Below are positions 39,087 to 49,317 of a DNA stretch of 49,827 nt, piece after piece. A model generated the notes under the pieces. It was not told the origin of the DNA. It did not search any database and saw only the letters and a list, made by a program, of their open reading frames with translations. Every line of letters starts with the position of its first letter. Within the stretch, counting starts at the first letter, position 1. The DNA is taken from the NCBI GenBank assembly GCA_964384105.1, contig CAYLJV010000008.1, forward strand, positions 1-49,827. The letters are read 5' to 3'. Both the position numbers and the translations under genes were made by a program. This stretch comes from Candidatus Hadarchaeota archaeon (GTDB taxonomy: Archaea; Hadarchaeota; Hadarchaeia; Hadarchaeales; JAGGTB01).

Positions 39087-39947
39087 TTAAAAAGACCCAA
39101 GAAGTTCTTTAATAGAAAACTTAGTAGCCCGAGCAACATCATAAAAACCAATAGAGTGAGATGTCTTACGAATATTATCTATTTTTTTAACATCGTCCCC
39201 CTCCAATTCCCAATCAAAAATATTGAGATTTTCTTCAAGATGTGCTTTAGAACGGGATTTGGGAACTACAACAACACCCTTCTGTAATTCCCACCTTAGA
39301 GTAATTTGTGCTGGAGTCTTATCGTATTTATCACTCAACTTGGCGATAGTCTCATCATCAAAGACCTTAGTTCGAGCTAATGGACTATAAGAAATCGGGG
39401 TTATATCGTTGTTCTTACAGAAATTCAAAACTCCCTCATCATAATAATATGGGTGAAACTCGATCTGATTTGCAGAAATAGGTGCTTTAGCTGAGTTCAT
39501 AGCTTCCTTTATCTGAGCTATATCAAAATTACTGATTCCTATACTGTTCACCTTGCCTTCCTCTACCAAATCAGCCATGGCGTCCAAGGGCTCTTCAAGA
39601 GGTATGTTGAACGGTACTGTCTCCGGAGGCCAATGGATCAAATATAAATCGATATAATCGGTTCCGAGCTTCTTCAGCGACCTATTGAACGATTCTTTGA
39701 GATCCTGATAATGTAGATTAATCGGCCAGACTTTTGTGGTTATAAACAATTCCGAACGATCAAACCCTTCTATAGCCCTCCCAATCTCAGACTCATTACC
39801 GTATACCTCAGCGGTATCTATCAACGTATACCCTAACTCAATCGCTGTCCTTACAGCTTCCTCACACACGTCACCCATCATGCCGAAAGTACCTAGACCA
39901 ACAATCGGAATCTCATTTCCATCCTTCATTTCAAGTTTCGATATCAC
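39087..39947 (-). CDS. aldo/keto reductase
   Basis: GLGT, IDTAEVYGNE, DLYLIHWP, IGISNF. Confidence 0.95.
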   Translation of the reverse strand: MISKLEMKDGNEIPIVGLGTFGMMGDVCEEAVRTAIELGYTLIDTAEVYGNESEIGRAIEGFDRSELFITTKVWPINLHYQDLKESFNRSLKKLGTDYIDLYLIHWPPETVPFNIPLEEPLDAMADLVEEGKVNSIGISNFDIAQIKEAMNSAKAPISANQIEFHPYYYDEGVLNFCKNNDITPISYSPLARTKVFDDETIAKLSDKYDKTPAQITLRWELQKGVVVVPKSRSKAHLEENLNIFDWELEGDDVKKIDNIRKTSHSIGFYDVARATKFSIKELLGSF

Positions 39948-40053
39948 TAACGACCCCTATTTCTATTAATAATGCTCAACTTAACAGCTTGTTCATTGAA
40001 CTCAAATATTTTGGAAGCCGGAAAATTTCTTCAATATAGCAGTTTATACTCAA

Positions 40054-41127
40054 ATGAAACCTATGGTCAAAAAGAAACGGATATACTTTCCAGCGGTAAT
40101 TGTAATTATTGTAATTTGTATTTTTGCTCTCTACCCCTACCTTACCTCGAATGGATATCCAAGTTCGATAGATTATTTCAATAGAGGAAAAACAGAAGAA
40201 AATTTGAACATTCTATTTTTCGGAGATATCATGCTCGACCGAGATGTAAAAGAAAAAATAGAATCCAATAATGGTAATGTGAAATACTTGTTGGATTCGT
40301 TAAATGAGAGAAATATTTTCGACAATAGGGATATTATATGCGCCAATCTGGAAGGGGCCGTAACTCCCGAGGGCAAACACTATCCACCACAGAACAAGTA
40401 TGATTTCGCCTTTCCTATCGACTACCTGAAAGATCTCAAACTTCTTAATTTCAATTTCTTTAACTTAGCAAACAATCATATTTTGGACCAGGGAAACGTC
40501 GGGCTCAAAGAAACACGAGAACACTTAGATAAAATTGGATATGATTATGTTGGATGCCCCGATGGAGTCGCCGGAGACCATAGCATCACTACCCTAAGGA
40601 AAAAAGGGTATAATATAGGAATGATAGGTGTCAGCAACGTCTATAGAAAACTGGATAGTGAAGCACTTAAAGAGAAAATTAAACGTCTAGAAAGTTCTTC
40701 TGATATAGTTATCGTCAATGTCCACTGGGGGGAAGAATATGAACACCAATTTAATAAGGAACAGAGAAGCCTAGCTTACAGCCTGATAGATAGTGGAGCT
40801 GATATCATTATCGGACACCATCCTCATGTCATCCAAGGCATGGAAATACATGAAAACAGGCCTATTTTCTATTCTCTGGGAAACTTCATATTTGATCAGT
40901 ACTTTTCACAAGATACACAAGAAGGTCTAGCCGTAGAGCTGGAATTCAAAGGTGGAAAGGCCGAATTCAATCTATTGCCGATTATCTCAAGAGAGAGTTT
41001 AGTAGACTTACCAGATGAAAACAAGTCTCAGGAGACCTTAAATCACTTTGTTAAATGGTCAAACTTAGAGAAAAATCCTAAAGAAAACATAAAATCTGGT
41101 AATTTCACACTTTCCTTTGCAGGCTAA
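40054..41127 (+). CDS. CapA/PGA_cap family metallophosphoesterase
   Basis: GDIM, NLE, LANNHILD, HWG.EY, GHHPHV, YSLGNF; N-terminal TM. Confidence 0.9.
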   Translation: MKPMVKKKRIYFPAVIVIIVICIFALYPYLTSNGYPSSIDYFNRGKTEENLNILFFGDIMLDRDVKEKIESNNGNVKYLLDSLNERNIFDNRDIICANLEGAVTPEGKHYPPQNKYDFAFPIDYLKDLKLLNFNFFNLANNHILDQGNVGLKETREHLDKIGYDYVGCPDGVAGDHSITTLRKKGYNIGMIGVSNVYRKLDSEALKEKIKRLESSSDIVIVNVHWGEEYEHQFNKEQRSLAYSLIDSGADIIIGHHPHVIQGMEIHENRPIFYSLGNFIFDQYFSQDTQEGLAVELEFKGGKAEFNLLPIISRESLVDLPDENKSQETLNHFVKWSNLEKNPKENIKSGNFTLSFAG

Positions 41128-41152
41128 ACATCTTCCGTAAAAGCTAATTCGT

Positions 41153-42094
41153 TCAGCGCCCTGGGAGTTTTCTCATATAGAATTTTTTATCTCCGTAGTC
41201 TAATTCGACTATCTTGTCCTCTTCTATTAATCCTTCAATAATACTCCAATCAGACCCGGTCTTAGATAATAGCTTTTCTACTCCCTCCCTTCTCATAGGA
41301 TGAACTGAGGTAATATTCAGCAAATCCTCTCTTGGATCTTCTGTAGAAGAGAACTCGTTTCCTTCATATCCTATCAAATATTCGACCTTACTTAATTTCT
41401 CGCTGAAAGTCTGATAGGCCAGATTTATGGACCTTTCATCTGCCGGTAGAACACCTTCTTCAGCTGGAGGCCGAGTCGGAATCGCAACGTATGATTCATC
41501 AGGATCTAACTCCACCAGGAAATCAACTATATCCTCAATTTCCTTTTCCGCATCGTTTACATCCTGTATTAGCATAGTTTCTGTCGAAAGGGTACCCTCA
41601 AAAAAATCTGCAAAATCTTTCATTCCTCGCAAAACTTTTTCGAACTCCAATGATTCATGTGGTCTATTCACACTCCTCCAAGTCTCCTCATCAGAAGCAT
41701 CTACTTTTAATGAAACCCAATCCGCATCCGAAAGGTCTTCTCTGACATCTTCCCGCCACAGCAAAGAGGCGTTAGTAATCACAGCGATATCTATATCTAA
41801 AGATTTCAAGAGATCTATTTCCTTACCTAAATTAATATCTAGAGTCGGCTCACCGTCAGGCACAAAACTCAAGTAATCGATAGATTCACCTTTTTCCTTT
41901 GTATCAAAAACCTTACTTTCAACATCTTTAACGATATCTTTGGCATCGTAGAATTTCCCCCTTTCGACTCTTGTTTTGAGGGTTCTTCCGAGCTGACAGT
42001 AAATACACGAGTAGGTGCAAACTTTGGGCGGGATATTGTTTATTCCCAAACTATGACCCAATCTTCTAGAGGGAACTGGTCCATACGCTCTCAT
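41153..42094 (-). CDS. radical SAM protein
   Basis: YGPVPSRRLG, CTYSCIYC, GEPT. Confidence 0.92.
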   Translation of the reverse strand: MRAYGPVPSRRLGHSLGINNIPPKVCTYSCIYCQLGRTLKTRVERGKFYDAKDIVKDVESKVFDTKEKGESIDYLSFVPDGEPTLDINLGKEIDLLKSLDIDIAVITNASLLWREDVREDLSDADWVSLKVDASDEETWRSVNRPHESLEFEKVLRGMKDFADFFEGTLSTETMLIQDVNDAEKEIEDIVDFLVELDPDESYVAIPTRPPAEEGVLPADERSINLAYQTFSEKLSKVEYLIGYEGNEFSSTEDPREDLLNITSVHPMRREGVEKLLSKTGSDWSIIEGLIEEDKIVELDYGDKKFYMRKLPGR

Positions 42095-42098
42095 TATA

Positions 42099-42752
42099 TC
42101 ATTTCACCTCTATCTCCAATCCGACTCTCCCTTCCATAGACCGTTCTGGATATTTAGCAAAAATTTCCTTCTTATGAGAAGTACAATGAGTAGGAACTAT
42201 TATCGAAAGACTTTCTAGAACCTCGTAATCCTTAAAGTCGTGGAATCCGCCCACCAAACCATATAGCTCCCCCAACTCCGAAGCCTTCTCAAGAATTTTT
42301 CTCACACCAGGATGAGAACAGCCAACGATTACAACTAATCCCTCACGAGTTTCGACAATGAGTGACTGTTCTTTTGGCTTTTTTCCTAGCTCCCCCGTAG
42401 ACCAGGCATTATTCGAGATCTTCTGAGAACTCTCTACTTCATGTAGTTTGAAACGATTGGACAGTTCACCCTTCATATTTTTGGAGAGTGACTTTGGGAC
42501 GTATAGATCAGCGTTATTATTTTTGATACAGGAAATCCCGCCGACATGATCCCAATCAGAATGGGATAGGAATATCTTATCAATTTCTTTGATATTGCAA
42601 CCTATTTTTCTCAAATTGGAAAGCAACAGAAGACCATCCCATCCTGTATCAAAAAGTATCTTTTCTCTATCCAGTTCCACGAGCGCTGCGAAACCCCAAC
42701 CTTTCTTGTAAGGCGGCTCAGCAACATTATCATAAACTATCTTTACTTTCAT
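42099..42752 (-). CDS. MBL-fold metallo-hydrolase
   Basis: LFDTG, SHSDWDHVGG, GCSHPG, GGFH, HCT. Confidence 0.9.
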   Translation of the reverse strand: MKVKIVYDNVAEPPYKKGWGFAALVELDREKILFDTGWDGLLLLSNLRKIGCNIKEIDKIFLSHSDWDHVGGISCIKNNNADLYVPKSLSKNMKGELSNRFKLHEVESSQKISNNAWSTGELGKKPKEQSLIVETREGLVVIVGCSHPGVRKILEKASELGELYGLVGGFHDFKDYEVLESLSIIVPTHCTSHKKEIFAKYPERSMEGRVGLEIEVK

Positions 42753-42764
42753 AGTTTCACCTCA

Positions 42765-43526
42765 TCAGAGCCTCAAAGAAACTTTAGTAGAAACTGATCC
42801 AAGCTTTTTAGTCCCCCCACCTTGACTAATTATCTTTAGAGCTTTTTCGGGATCGTTCACAATTATTCCCGCCAAAAAGGTAACTCCTCTTTTTCTAAAA
42901 GTCTCAGGAGCTAAAGGCGTAGTGGGACCTAGAATAGCGATCTCTCTTGCATTACTAGATAGATCAACAAGATGACCTAGAGTCTTATTCGCAACGGATG
43001 TTCCAGTTATTATGGAAACATCGACCTTCGGCAATATCTGCTCGACCGCCCAATCCGGATAAACATTTTCTTCATCCTGGTGATTTCTCTCAAAAACGAA
43101 TAGCTCGATATCCTCCTCTATTTTTTCGACCACCGGCCTAAAATTTCCGACCATCCCCACCTTGTCACCTTTTCTAATCTCTAAAAAGTCCAAAAGCGGT
43201 CCTTCCTCGCCTTCTACATTGCGATTGATCAAAGAGTTGATAGTGGCCAAACCAACTACCGAATTTATTGTTCGAGGTGAACTAGCAAACTTCGCTAATT
43301 CCCAAGCATTTCCCTCCAACTCACCAGCAGACTCCAGAACCTGGCAGCATCTAGAAGATTCATTTCTAAAAGAATAAGATACTCCTAAGTTTCCATCATC
43401 CAATAAAACTCCAGTATACCCTAATCCTATTCTCAGGTCGACAACTTCCTTTTTTCTCAATTCGTTTTCTACAGAATTCAATAGTTCCTCGACTACGGTT
43501 GATCTCTTCCGCTCAGTCTCTTCCAA
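42765..43526 (-). CDS. DUF364 family protein
   Basis: KVGMVGNF, ITGTSVANKT, GPTTP. Confidence 0.8.
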   Translation of the reverse strand: MEETERKRSTVVEELLNSVENELRKKEVVDLRIGLGYTGVLLDDGNLGVSYSFRNESSRCCQVLESAGELEGNAWELAKFASSPRTINSVVGLATINSLINRNVEGEEGPLLDFLEIRKGDKVGMVGNFRPVVEKIEEDIELFVFERNHQDEENVYPDWAVEQILPKVDVSIITGTSVANKTLGHLVDLSSNAREIAILGPTTPLAPETFRKRGVTFLAGIIVNDPEKALKIISQGGGTKKLGSVSTKVSLRL

Positions 43527-43531
43527 TAAAA

Positions 43532-44389
43532 TCAGCTCCCCTCAAGAAATTTTTTTACTTCATTCCATACGTTTCTAATACCTTCTGACAGAGCCGATTC
43601 TGAATACTCTATTACAGTTTTCTCTTCTATCATCGCTTCAGTTGCAACATCGTCATAAGGTAATTCACCTGCAATAGGTATTTTCTTCTCTTCGCAGAAA
43701 CTTCTTATTTCACTCGTCTTACTCGTATTGATATCATATTTGTTCACACAAACAGAGGATTTTATTCCAAAATGATCTGTAACCTCTAGAACCCGCTCTA
43801 GATCGTGAATACCTGAAACAGTAGGCTCGACCACTATCAAAACATGATCTACTCCCTTTATTGAAGCTATTACGGGGCAACCAATGCCCGGAGAACCATC
43901 CACTATCAGGAAATCCTTATCATTGGTTAATTCCTTCGCCTTGCTTCTAACTTGTGTAACCATTCTACCAGAAGCTTCTTCCCCTATACCTAATTCTGCG
44001 TGTACCATCGGTCCAAACCTGGTCTCGGAGATGAAAACTTTTCCGGTTTTTTCTTCTCTCAACTCGATAGCATCATCTGGGCAGACAAACACGCAAGCTC
44101 CACACCCTTCACACTTCATCCCGCTTATAACAATATTCTCGTCTATGGCCCCAAAGCGACAGACCTCCCTGCATCTCCCACACATAGAACAGTCTTTAGT
44201 TTTGACAGCAACTGAGGTACCAAAATAGTCCACTTGATCGATAACATTCGGCGCCAATATCAATTGCAGGTCTGGAGCATCAACATCACAATCAGCCAGA
44301 ACTGGATCATTGGCAAGGGGCGCAAAGGCAGCAGTTAGAGTGGTCTTGCCAGTACCACCCTTCCCAGAAATAATTGTCAACTCTTTCAT
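43532..44389 (-). CDS. MinD-like P-loop ATPase with inserted 4Fe-4S ferredoxin (COG1149)
   Basis: SGKGGTGKT, two CxxCxxCxxxC motifs, DGSPGIGCP. Confidence 0.9.
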   Translation of the reverse strand: MKELTIISGKGGTGKTTLTAAFAPLANDPVLADCDVDAPDLQLILAPNVIDQVDYFGTSVAVKTKDCSMCGRCREVCRFGAIDENIVISGMKCEGCGACVFVCPDDAIELREEKTGKVFISETRFGPMVHAELGIGEEASGRMVTQVRSKAKELTNDKDFLIVDGSPGIGCPVIASIKGVDHVLIVVEPTVSGIHDLERVLEVTDHFGIKSSVCVNKYDINTSKTSEIRSFCEEKKIPIAGELPYDDVATEAMIEEKTVIEYSESALSEGIRNVWNEVKKFLEGS

Positions 44390-45216
44390 TTTATCATATC
44401 CTCTATACTCTTGTAAAGATCGATGAACTTATCCTTCCATTCAGGCATTTCTCTAACGAAAGGAATTCCCTCAGAATAAAGTTCCGCTATCCTTCTGCTA
44501 TTTGGAATCTTCATCAATATCGGAATTCCCTCTTCCTCGCAATATTTTTCAACTCTATCGTCCCCAATTCCCACCCGGTTAATCAAAACAGCAAATGGAA
44601 TGTTTAACCTATTCAGCATTTTGACGGAAAATTTCAGATCATGAAGCCCAAAAGGTGTAGGTTCCGTGACGAGAATACAGAAATCTGTTCCATCCACTGC
44701 TTCTACCGCAGGACACGCATTCCCCGGTGGTACATCAATTATTGCAACCTTATCGGGATCTATATTTTCTTTAACTGCCCTGATTACAGGTGGAGCTAAA
44801 GGTTCGCCCGTAGTCAATACTCCCTGGAAAAATTCTATATCATCAACTCCTTTCTCGACTACTCCTATCGTCCTGCTGCTTTCAGTAATAGCATCCAAAG
44901 GACACGCTATCATACATAATCCACACGAATGGCAAAGCTCGGGGAAAACTATGGTGTCTTTTGGAGTAACCACAATCGCGTTGAACTGACACAATTCAGC
45001 GCATTTTCCGCAATGGTCACATTTTTCTTCATCAATTATTGGGAGACCAGACTTTATCTCCTTCATCACTTTCAGGTCCGTATCTAAAAAGAGATGGCAA
45101 TCTGGCTCTTCTACATCACAATCAAGCAGCTGTACTTTCGGGAGAGAGATGGCCAGATTTAATGCAACGGTAGTTTTACCTGTACCACCCTTACCACTAG
45201 CTACAGAAATCTTCAA
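44386..45216 (-). CDS. MinD-like P-loop ATPase with inserted 4Fe-4S ferredoxin (COG1149)
   Basis: SGKGGTGKT, DCDVEEP, two ferredoxin motifs, TEPTPFGLHDL; TTG start inferred. Confidence 0.9.
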   Translation of the reverse strand: MKISVASGKGGTGKTTVALNLAISLPKVQLLDCDVEEPDCHLFLDTDLKVMKEIKSGLPIIDEEKCDHCGKCAELCQFNAIVVTPKDTIVFPELCHSCGLCMIACPLDAITESSRTIGVVEKGVDDIEFFQGVLTTGEPLAPPVIRAVKENIDPDKVAIIDVPPGNACPAVEAVDGTDFCILVTEPTPFGLHDLKFSVKMLNRLNIPFAVLINRVGIGDDRVEKYCEEEGIPILMKIPNSRRIAELYSEGIPFVREMPEWKDKFIDLYKSIEDMIK

Positions 45217-45230
45217 GATATCTACTCCAA

Positions 45231-45587
45231 TCAGTGTCGATGTTCTTGACAAGCATTCTTATCAGAAGCTTCCTTTAATTCCCCGTTTTCCCACTTCTCC
45301 AAAGTATCCTGAATAGTACCTTCAGCTCCGAGAAAAACCTCGATGCCAAATTGCTCAAACATCTTTATCGCTCTTGGTCCCATACCAGAGCAGAGTACTA
45401 ACTCAACCCCCTTTTCGGAAAGTTGCTCTGGTGGCTGTTCATTTCTGCCGGTTCTCTTTACGTTAACAAGAGTTTCACATTCTTTCGTCTCGGAGTCGAC
45501 TACAACAAAAGTTGGAGCTCTGCCAAAGTGAGAACTCACCTGCTCATCTAATCCTGAATCACCCATTGCGGGTATTCCAATCTTCAT
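45231..45587 (-). CDS. NifB/NifX family protein
   Basis: HFGRAP, GMGPRA. Confidence 0.9.
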   Translation of the reverse strand: MKIGIPAMGDSGLDEQVSSHFGRAPTFVVVDSETKECETLVNVKRTGRNEQPPEQLSEKGVELVLCSGMGPRAIKMFEQFGIEVFLGAEGTIQDTLEKWENGELKEASDKNACQEHRH

Positions 45588-46426
45588 TTATTATCACCCC
45601 TTGAGGAATCATTTAGAGAGTTAACGAGTTTATCAACAGCACGTCTAAAAAATTCGGTAGATTTTGAATTATTCTTCATAACGAAAGGCCTTCCAGTCTC
45701 ACCGCTTTCCACAACATCCGGATCGAGCGGAATACTTCCCAAAAATGGAATATCCAACTCTTCGGCCAGACTTTCTCCACCACCTGATTTGAAAATGTTT
45801 ACTTGAGTTCCACAATGAGGACACACGAATCCACTCATGTTCTCAATTAACCCAAGAACCGGCAGTTTAACCTCTTTGGAGAACTTTACGGCTCTTCTAA
45901 TCGTCTGAAGCGCCACTTCCTGAGGGGTTGTAACAATAACCGCCCCATCAGGATTTGAAATAAGTTGAACTATGGTCAGAGGTTCGTCTCCTGTCCCTGG
46001 AGGTAAATCAAAAATCAAATAATCCAAGCTACCCCAATTAACATCACCTAAAAATTGCTGGATGGTTTTCATCTTTAATGGCCCTCGCCAAATAACTGGA
46101 GAATCCTTTTCTGGGAGAAATGGAGACAAAGAAATTATTTTAGGACCAAATTCCGTAGCGATTGGATCGATAGACGAATCGTTTTGAGATGGACCCACAC
46201 CTTCATCAATTCCCAAGATCTGGGGGATGCTCGGACCATGCATATCACAGTCGATCAACCCCACATTGTGTCCCCTCCTAGATAGCTCGGTCGCCAGATT
46301 TGCGGCTACGGTACTTTTCCCCACTCCACCCTTGCCACTCATAACAATAATCTTATGCTTGATATCGCCCATTCTTCGAGAGATTTTCTCTCTCTGTTCC
46401 TTCTGTCTTGATTTCATATCTTCCAT
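45584..46426 (-). CDS. Mrp/NBP35 (ApbC) Fe-S carrier ATPase
   Basis: SGKGGVGKS, VIWRGP, DLPPGTGD, ENMS..CPHC; start revised using the RBS GGAGTGA. Confidence 0.93.
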   Translation of the reverse strand: MEDMKSRQKEQREKISRRMGDIKHKIIVMSGKGGVGKSTVAANLATELSRRGHNVGLIDCDMHGPSIPQILGIDEGVGPSQNDSSIDPIATEFGPKIISLSPFLPEKDSPVIWRGPLKMKTIQQFLGDVNWGSLDYLIFDLPPGTGDEPLTIVQLISNPDGAVIVTTPQEVALQTIRRAVKFSKEVKLPVLGLIENMSGFVCPHCGTQVNIFKSGGGESLAEELDIPFLGSIPLDPDVVESGETGRPFVMKNNSKSTEFFRRAVDKLVNSLNDSSRGDNK

Positions 46427-46448
46427 AATACAATCACTCCAACTTTTC

Positions 46449-46745
46449 TCATTCTTCTGAAGCCAATCTGTAGTTTCCGCCCTTGACCCTAATCGTTTTC
46501 CCGTTAACCAAAGCATCAGCGATCTTCCCTCTAGCAGAAACGAGGATTCTGTGAAAAGTTGGCTGAGATACATCCATCTCTTGAGCAGCCTCCTCCTGAG
46601 TCAAACCTCGAAAATCCTTCAACCTGATCGCCTCAAATTCCTCCATTTTTAGAACAACTTCACCTTCAGCTGATCCTACTCCCGGCTTAAAGTAAGAAAA
46701 GTCCGGCTCTCTACCTACTCTTCTCCTTCTCCGACGTCTAGGCAA
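46449..46745 (-). CDS. DUF134 DNA-binding protein
   Basis: MPRRRR, EEFEAIRLKD, QEEAA..M.VSQPTF.RIL..AR.KIA. Confidence 0.92.
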   Translation of the reverse strand: MPRRRRRRRVGREPDFSYFKPGVGSAEGEVVLKMEEFEAIRLKDFRGLTQEEAAQEMDVSQPTFHRILVSARGKIADALVNGKTIRVKGGNYRLASEE

Positions 46746-46800
46746 CTGACCAACTCCTGATAAACATTATTATCGATCGAATAAATTTCTATTACCGATT

Positions 46801-47178
46801 TTAACCTCCGCTTCCGGCGCCCGTAGGTCTAGTCGGACTTTCGACCTTTTTTAATTCGCCTCGTAAAAACCTATTCACGTTCTCCTCAACAGAACCAGGC
46901 TCACCCTCATACACACCTATATCCCACTTCTTAAGCGCCAGGAATGCCTTTGGTCCTACACCACCAGAAATAACCGAGTCGACATTCTTATCCCCGATCA
47001 GCTGCGTCGCTGCAGTGCCGGCACCGCCGGATTTCTCCATGGCCTTATTCTCTACTACTTCATAGTTCTCAATTTTCTCATTCTCAACTTCGACGATCAA
47101 AAAATATGGACACCTTCCAAAAATTGGGCTGACTCTACTACCCAGTTTCTGACCGTCCGTACTCACAGCTATCTTCAT
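46801..47178 (-). CDS. NifB/NifX family protein
   Basis: MKIAVS, FGRCPYF, GGAG, VGPKA. Confidence 0.9.
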   Translation of the reverse strand: MKIAVSTDGQKLGSRVSPIFGRCPYFLIVEVENEKIENYEVVENKAMEKSGGAGTAATQLIGDKNVDSVISGGVGPKAFLALKKWDIGVYEGEPGSVEENVNRFLRGELKKVESPTRPTGAGSGG

Positions 47179-47182
47179 AATT

Positions 47183-47356
47183 TCACCTTTTTCCAATCAT
47201 TACAGACCCACATTCCGGACATGTCTTTTCCGCACAGGGGACTCCCCTCTGATGTGGCTCTTCATGCCCACATTTAGGACAGACACATCTATCGACTCCA
47301 CCGCCTCCACGGCCTGCACCTCTACCTCTTCCAGAATTTTTACCATTTGGCAACAT
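47183..47356 (-). CDS. small Gly-rich double CxxC protein
   Basis: CVCPKCGH..H.RGVPC...CPECG. Confidence 0.8.
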   Translation of the reverse strand: MLPNGKNSGRGRGAGRGGGGVDRCVCPKCGHEEPHQRGVPCAEKTCPECGSVMIGKR

Positions 47357-47375
47357 CTTCACCTCCAAAATAATA

Positions 47376-47954
47376 TTACCTTTTCAACTCTTCTATAGAT
47401 TTCTTTATTTCCTCGATTAAATTCTCAAGTTTGTTAACTCGATTCTCAAGACTCTCAATTTTTTCTCCTGGCTTCCCTGACCCCGTCTGAGAGGAAGACC
47501 TTTCGACCTCTCGTCGGGAAAAGCTACCTGAACCCTGCTGGGATAACATTCTCCTTCCTCCACCTCGACCTCTACCACCACCTGAACCAGACATAGCTGG
47601 AGTTGTAGCCTGAGTTACTGGCTCGATTTCACCCTTGAGGTACTTATTAACAGCATCTCTAACACTAAGGTTTGAAGCGGGTACCATTTCTATTCCTGAT
47701 TGACTGAAAACCGAAGCAACATTTGGTCCGAAGTTACCCGCGATAACTGCCTCCGCACCACTATTGGCCACCAAACTTGCAGCCTGAATCCCTGCACCGC
47801 TTCGCTCATTAGCATATTTATTCTGTATAACTTCTGAATTCTTTATTTCACCCTCATCGGTCTCCACTATGGTAAACGTCTGGCATCGACCAAAGATCGA
47901 AGAAACCTTATCATCCAGCCCCCCATTCTGAGTAGCAACAGATATTTTAGTCAA
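47376..47954 (-). CDS. NifB/NifX family protein with Gly-rich linker and coiled-coil tail
   Basis: FGRC, GAGIQAA, GNFGPN. Confidence 0.88.
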   Translation of the reverse strand: MTKISVATQNGGLDDKVSSIFGRCQTFTIVETDEGEIKNSEVIQNKYANERSGAGIQAASLVANSGAEAVIAGNFGPNVASVFSQSGIEMVPASNLSVRDAVNKYLKGEIEPVTQATTPAMSGSGGGRGRGGGRRMLSQQGSGSFSRREVERSSSQTGSGKPGEKIESLENRVNKLENLIEEIKKSIEELKR

Positions 47955-47993
47955 ATTTCATCACCTCACTTGGTTCAATTATCATTAACTCTT

Positions 47994-48335
47994 CTATTCC
48001 TGCAACTGCTTAATTCTATCCTTAATTTGCTTTACCTGATCTTCAAGGGCTCGGGCCTGATTCTCTAGCATTTGAATTTCATGCTCCCTTGGTATTTCTG
48101 GCGGTTGGAACTGCTGGGGTTCTGAAGGCAACTGTTGATACATAGGCTGCGGAACCGAACGTGTCTGTGCAGATGCCTGCTGTTGGAACCAATCCACCGC
48201 CTGCGGTAACTGATCTGTCTGGGTAAGATATTGAGCACCAGGAGGCATTCCTCCCCATCCTGGACTGTAACCGAATCTCATCCAACCCGGCAAGCCAGTT
48301 GCGTAAAACATATTTCTATGTCCATGTTGTCCCAT
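47994..48335 (-). CDS. DUF5320-like protein (C-terminal-type part)
   Basis: HRNMFYATGLPGWMRFG; terminal coiled coil. Confidence 0.7.
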   Translation of the reverse strand: MGQHGHRNMFYATGLPGWMRFGYSPGWGGMPPGAQYLTQTDQLPQAVDWFQQQASAQTRSVPQPMYQQLPSEPQQFQPPEIPREHEIQMLENQARALEDQVKQIKDRIKQLQE

Positions 48336-48350
48336 CTCAATCACCTCTTT

Positions 48351-48695
48351 TCACCAAATCCCATATGTTGGTCCAGCGGGGTAGGCTGGATACTGATATG
48401 GTCCAAAATACCCGTAGTTGGGGTTGAATGGTCCCTGATAGGCCACTGGTCCAAAATTAGGTGTTTGCCCCCGAAACGCCATTCCTCGTCCGAAATTACC
48501 GAATCCTCTACCTCGGCCTAATCCACGGCCAACGCCAGGGCCTCTGCCATAAAATCCGGCTCCACGGCGAAATCCCATACCCATTCGGGGAGCATGGTTC
48601 ACAAATCCCGGAGCACTGAATCCTGCGCAGTAACCTGCAGCTCTTCCAGTCATAGGGCCCATTCCCATGGGTCCTGTTCTATCTCCTCTTGGCAT
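48351..48695 (-). CDS. DUF5320 family protein
   Basis: MPRGDRTGPMGMGPMTGRAAGYCAG; RG-rich. Confidence 0.85.
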   Translation of the reverse strand: MPRGDRTGPMGMGPMTGRAAGYCAGFSAPGFVNHAPRMGMGFRRGAGFYGRGPGVGRGLGRGRGFGNFGRGMAFRGQTPNFGPVAYQGPFNPNYGYFGPYQYPAYPAGPTYGIW

Positions 48696-48713
48696 TTTTA
48701 ATTACACCTCTTT

Positions 48714-48768
48714 TGAATATTTATTCATTTCAATTAAAGAATATATATTCATTATATTTAAAGCTTTC
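48714..48768 (-). promoter_or_regulatory. promoter of the NifX/DUF134 operon with two palindromic sites
   Basis: minus-strand GGAAAGC TTTAAATA; palindromes TGAATA-TT-TATTCA (48714-27) and AGAATA-TA-TATTCA (48738-51). Confidence 0.6.
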
Positions 48769-48781
48769 CTAGTGGGCGGCT

Positions 48782-48841
48782 TTGCACAATAATACCTTTT
48801 CTGCACAATAATTGCACAGTAAATAGCGTCTTGCACAAAAT
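48782..48841. repeat. four TGCACA direct repeats
   Basis: at 48783, 48802, 48813 and 48832 (spacing 19/11/19). Confidence 0.7.
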
Positions 48842-48916
48842 AATTAGATTAATTGTTAAAAAATTACAAAGAGGTAAATGATTTTTATTATTTCACTATA
48901 ACCTTATTTTGATATC

Positions 48917-49312
48917 TTGAAGAAAATTTGTTTTTCTCGAGAAGAGCTGCTAATACCCATTTTTCTAATAATAGGTCTAATTTTAATTTCGGCTGGGCTA
49001 TTAATACATGGAAAAGACGCTTTTTTACCATTTCTTGCAATCGAACGGCCGCATATAATACCAAAGCTAGATGCAATTATTTTTGGTATAGGTGGAATCC
49101 TCTTAATATTTGGAGTTCTAAGCTTCGTTATAAACAGACTAGTGCAGAAAAGAACAGACCAGCAACTTGATAAGGTTGAGGAAGATCTTCAAATTATACA
49201 CGATAGGATGGACAGCCTCGGCGACTTATTTACAGCTGTTGAAGAGTTATCCGAAACAATAGAAATTATGGATAAGAAAATCAAATCTCAAGGAGACAAG
49301 GATAGTAAATAA
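48917..49312 (+). CDS. hypothetical membrane protein (two TM helices plus coiled coil)
   Basis: hydrophobic helices followed by a heptad-like acidic tail. Confidence 0.55.
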   Translation: MKKICFSREELLIPIFLIIGLILISAGLLIHGKDAFLPFLAIERPHIIPKLDAIIFGIGGILLIFGVLSFVINRLVQKRTDQQLDKVEEDLQIIHDRMDSLGDLFTAVEELSETIEIMDKKIKSQGDKDSK

Positions 49313-49317
49313 GCTTT

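Noticed and set aside
40054-41127. Poly-gamma-glutamate capsule locus
   Set aside because: capB and capC are absent; lone CapA homologs are common
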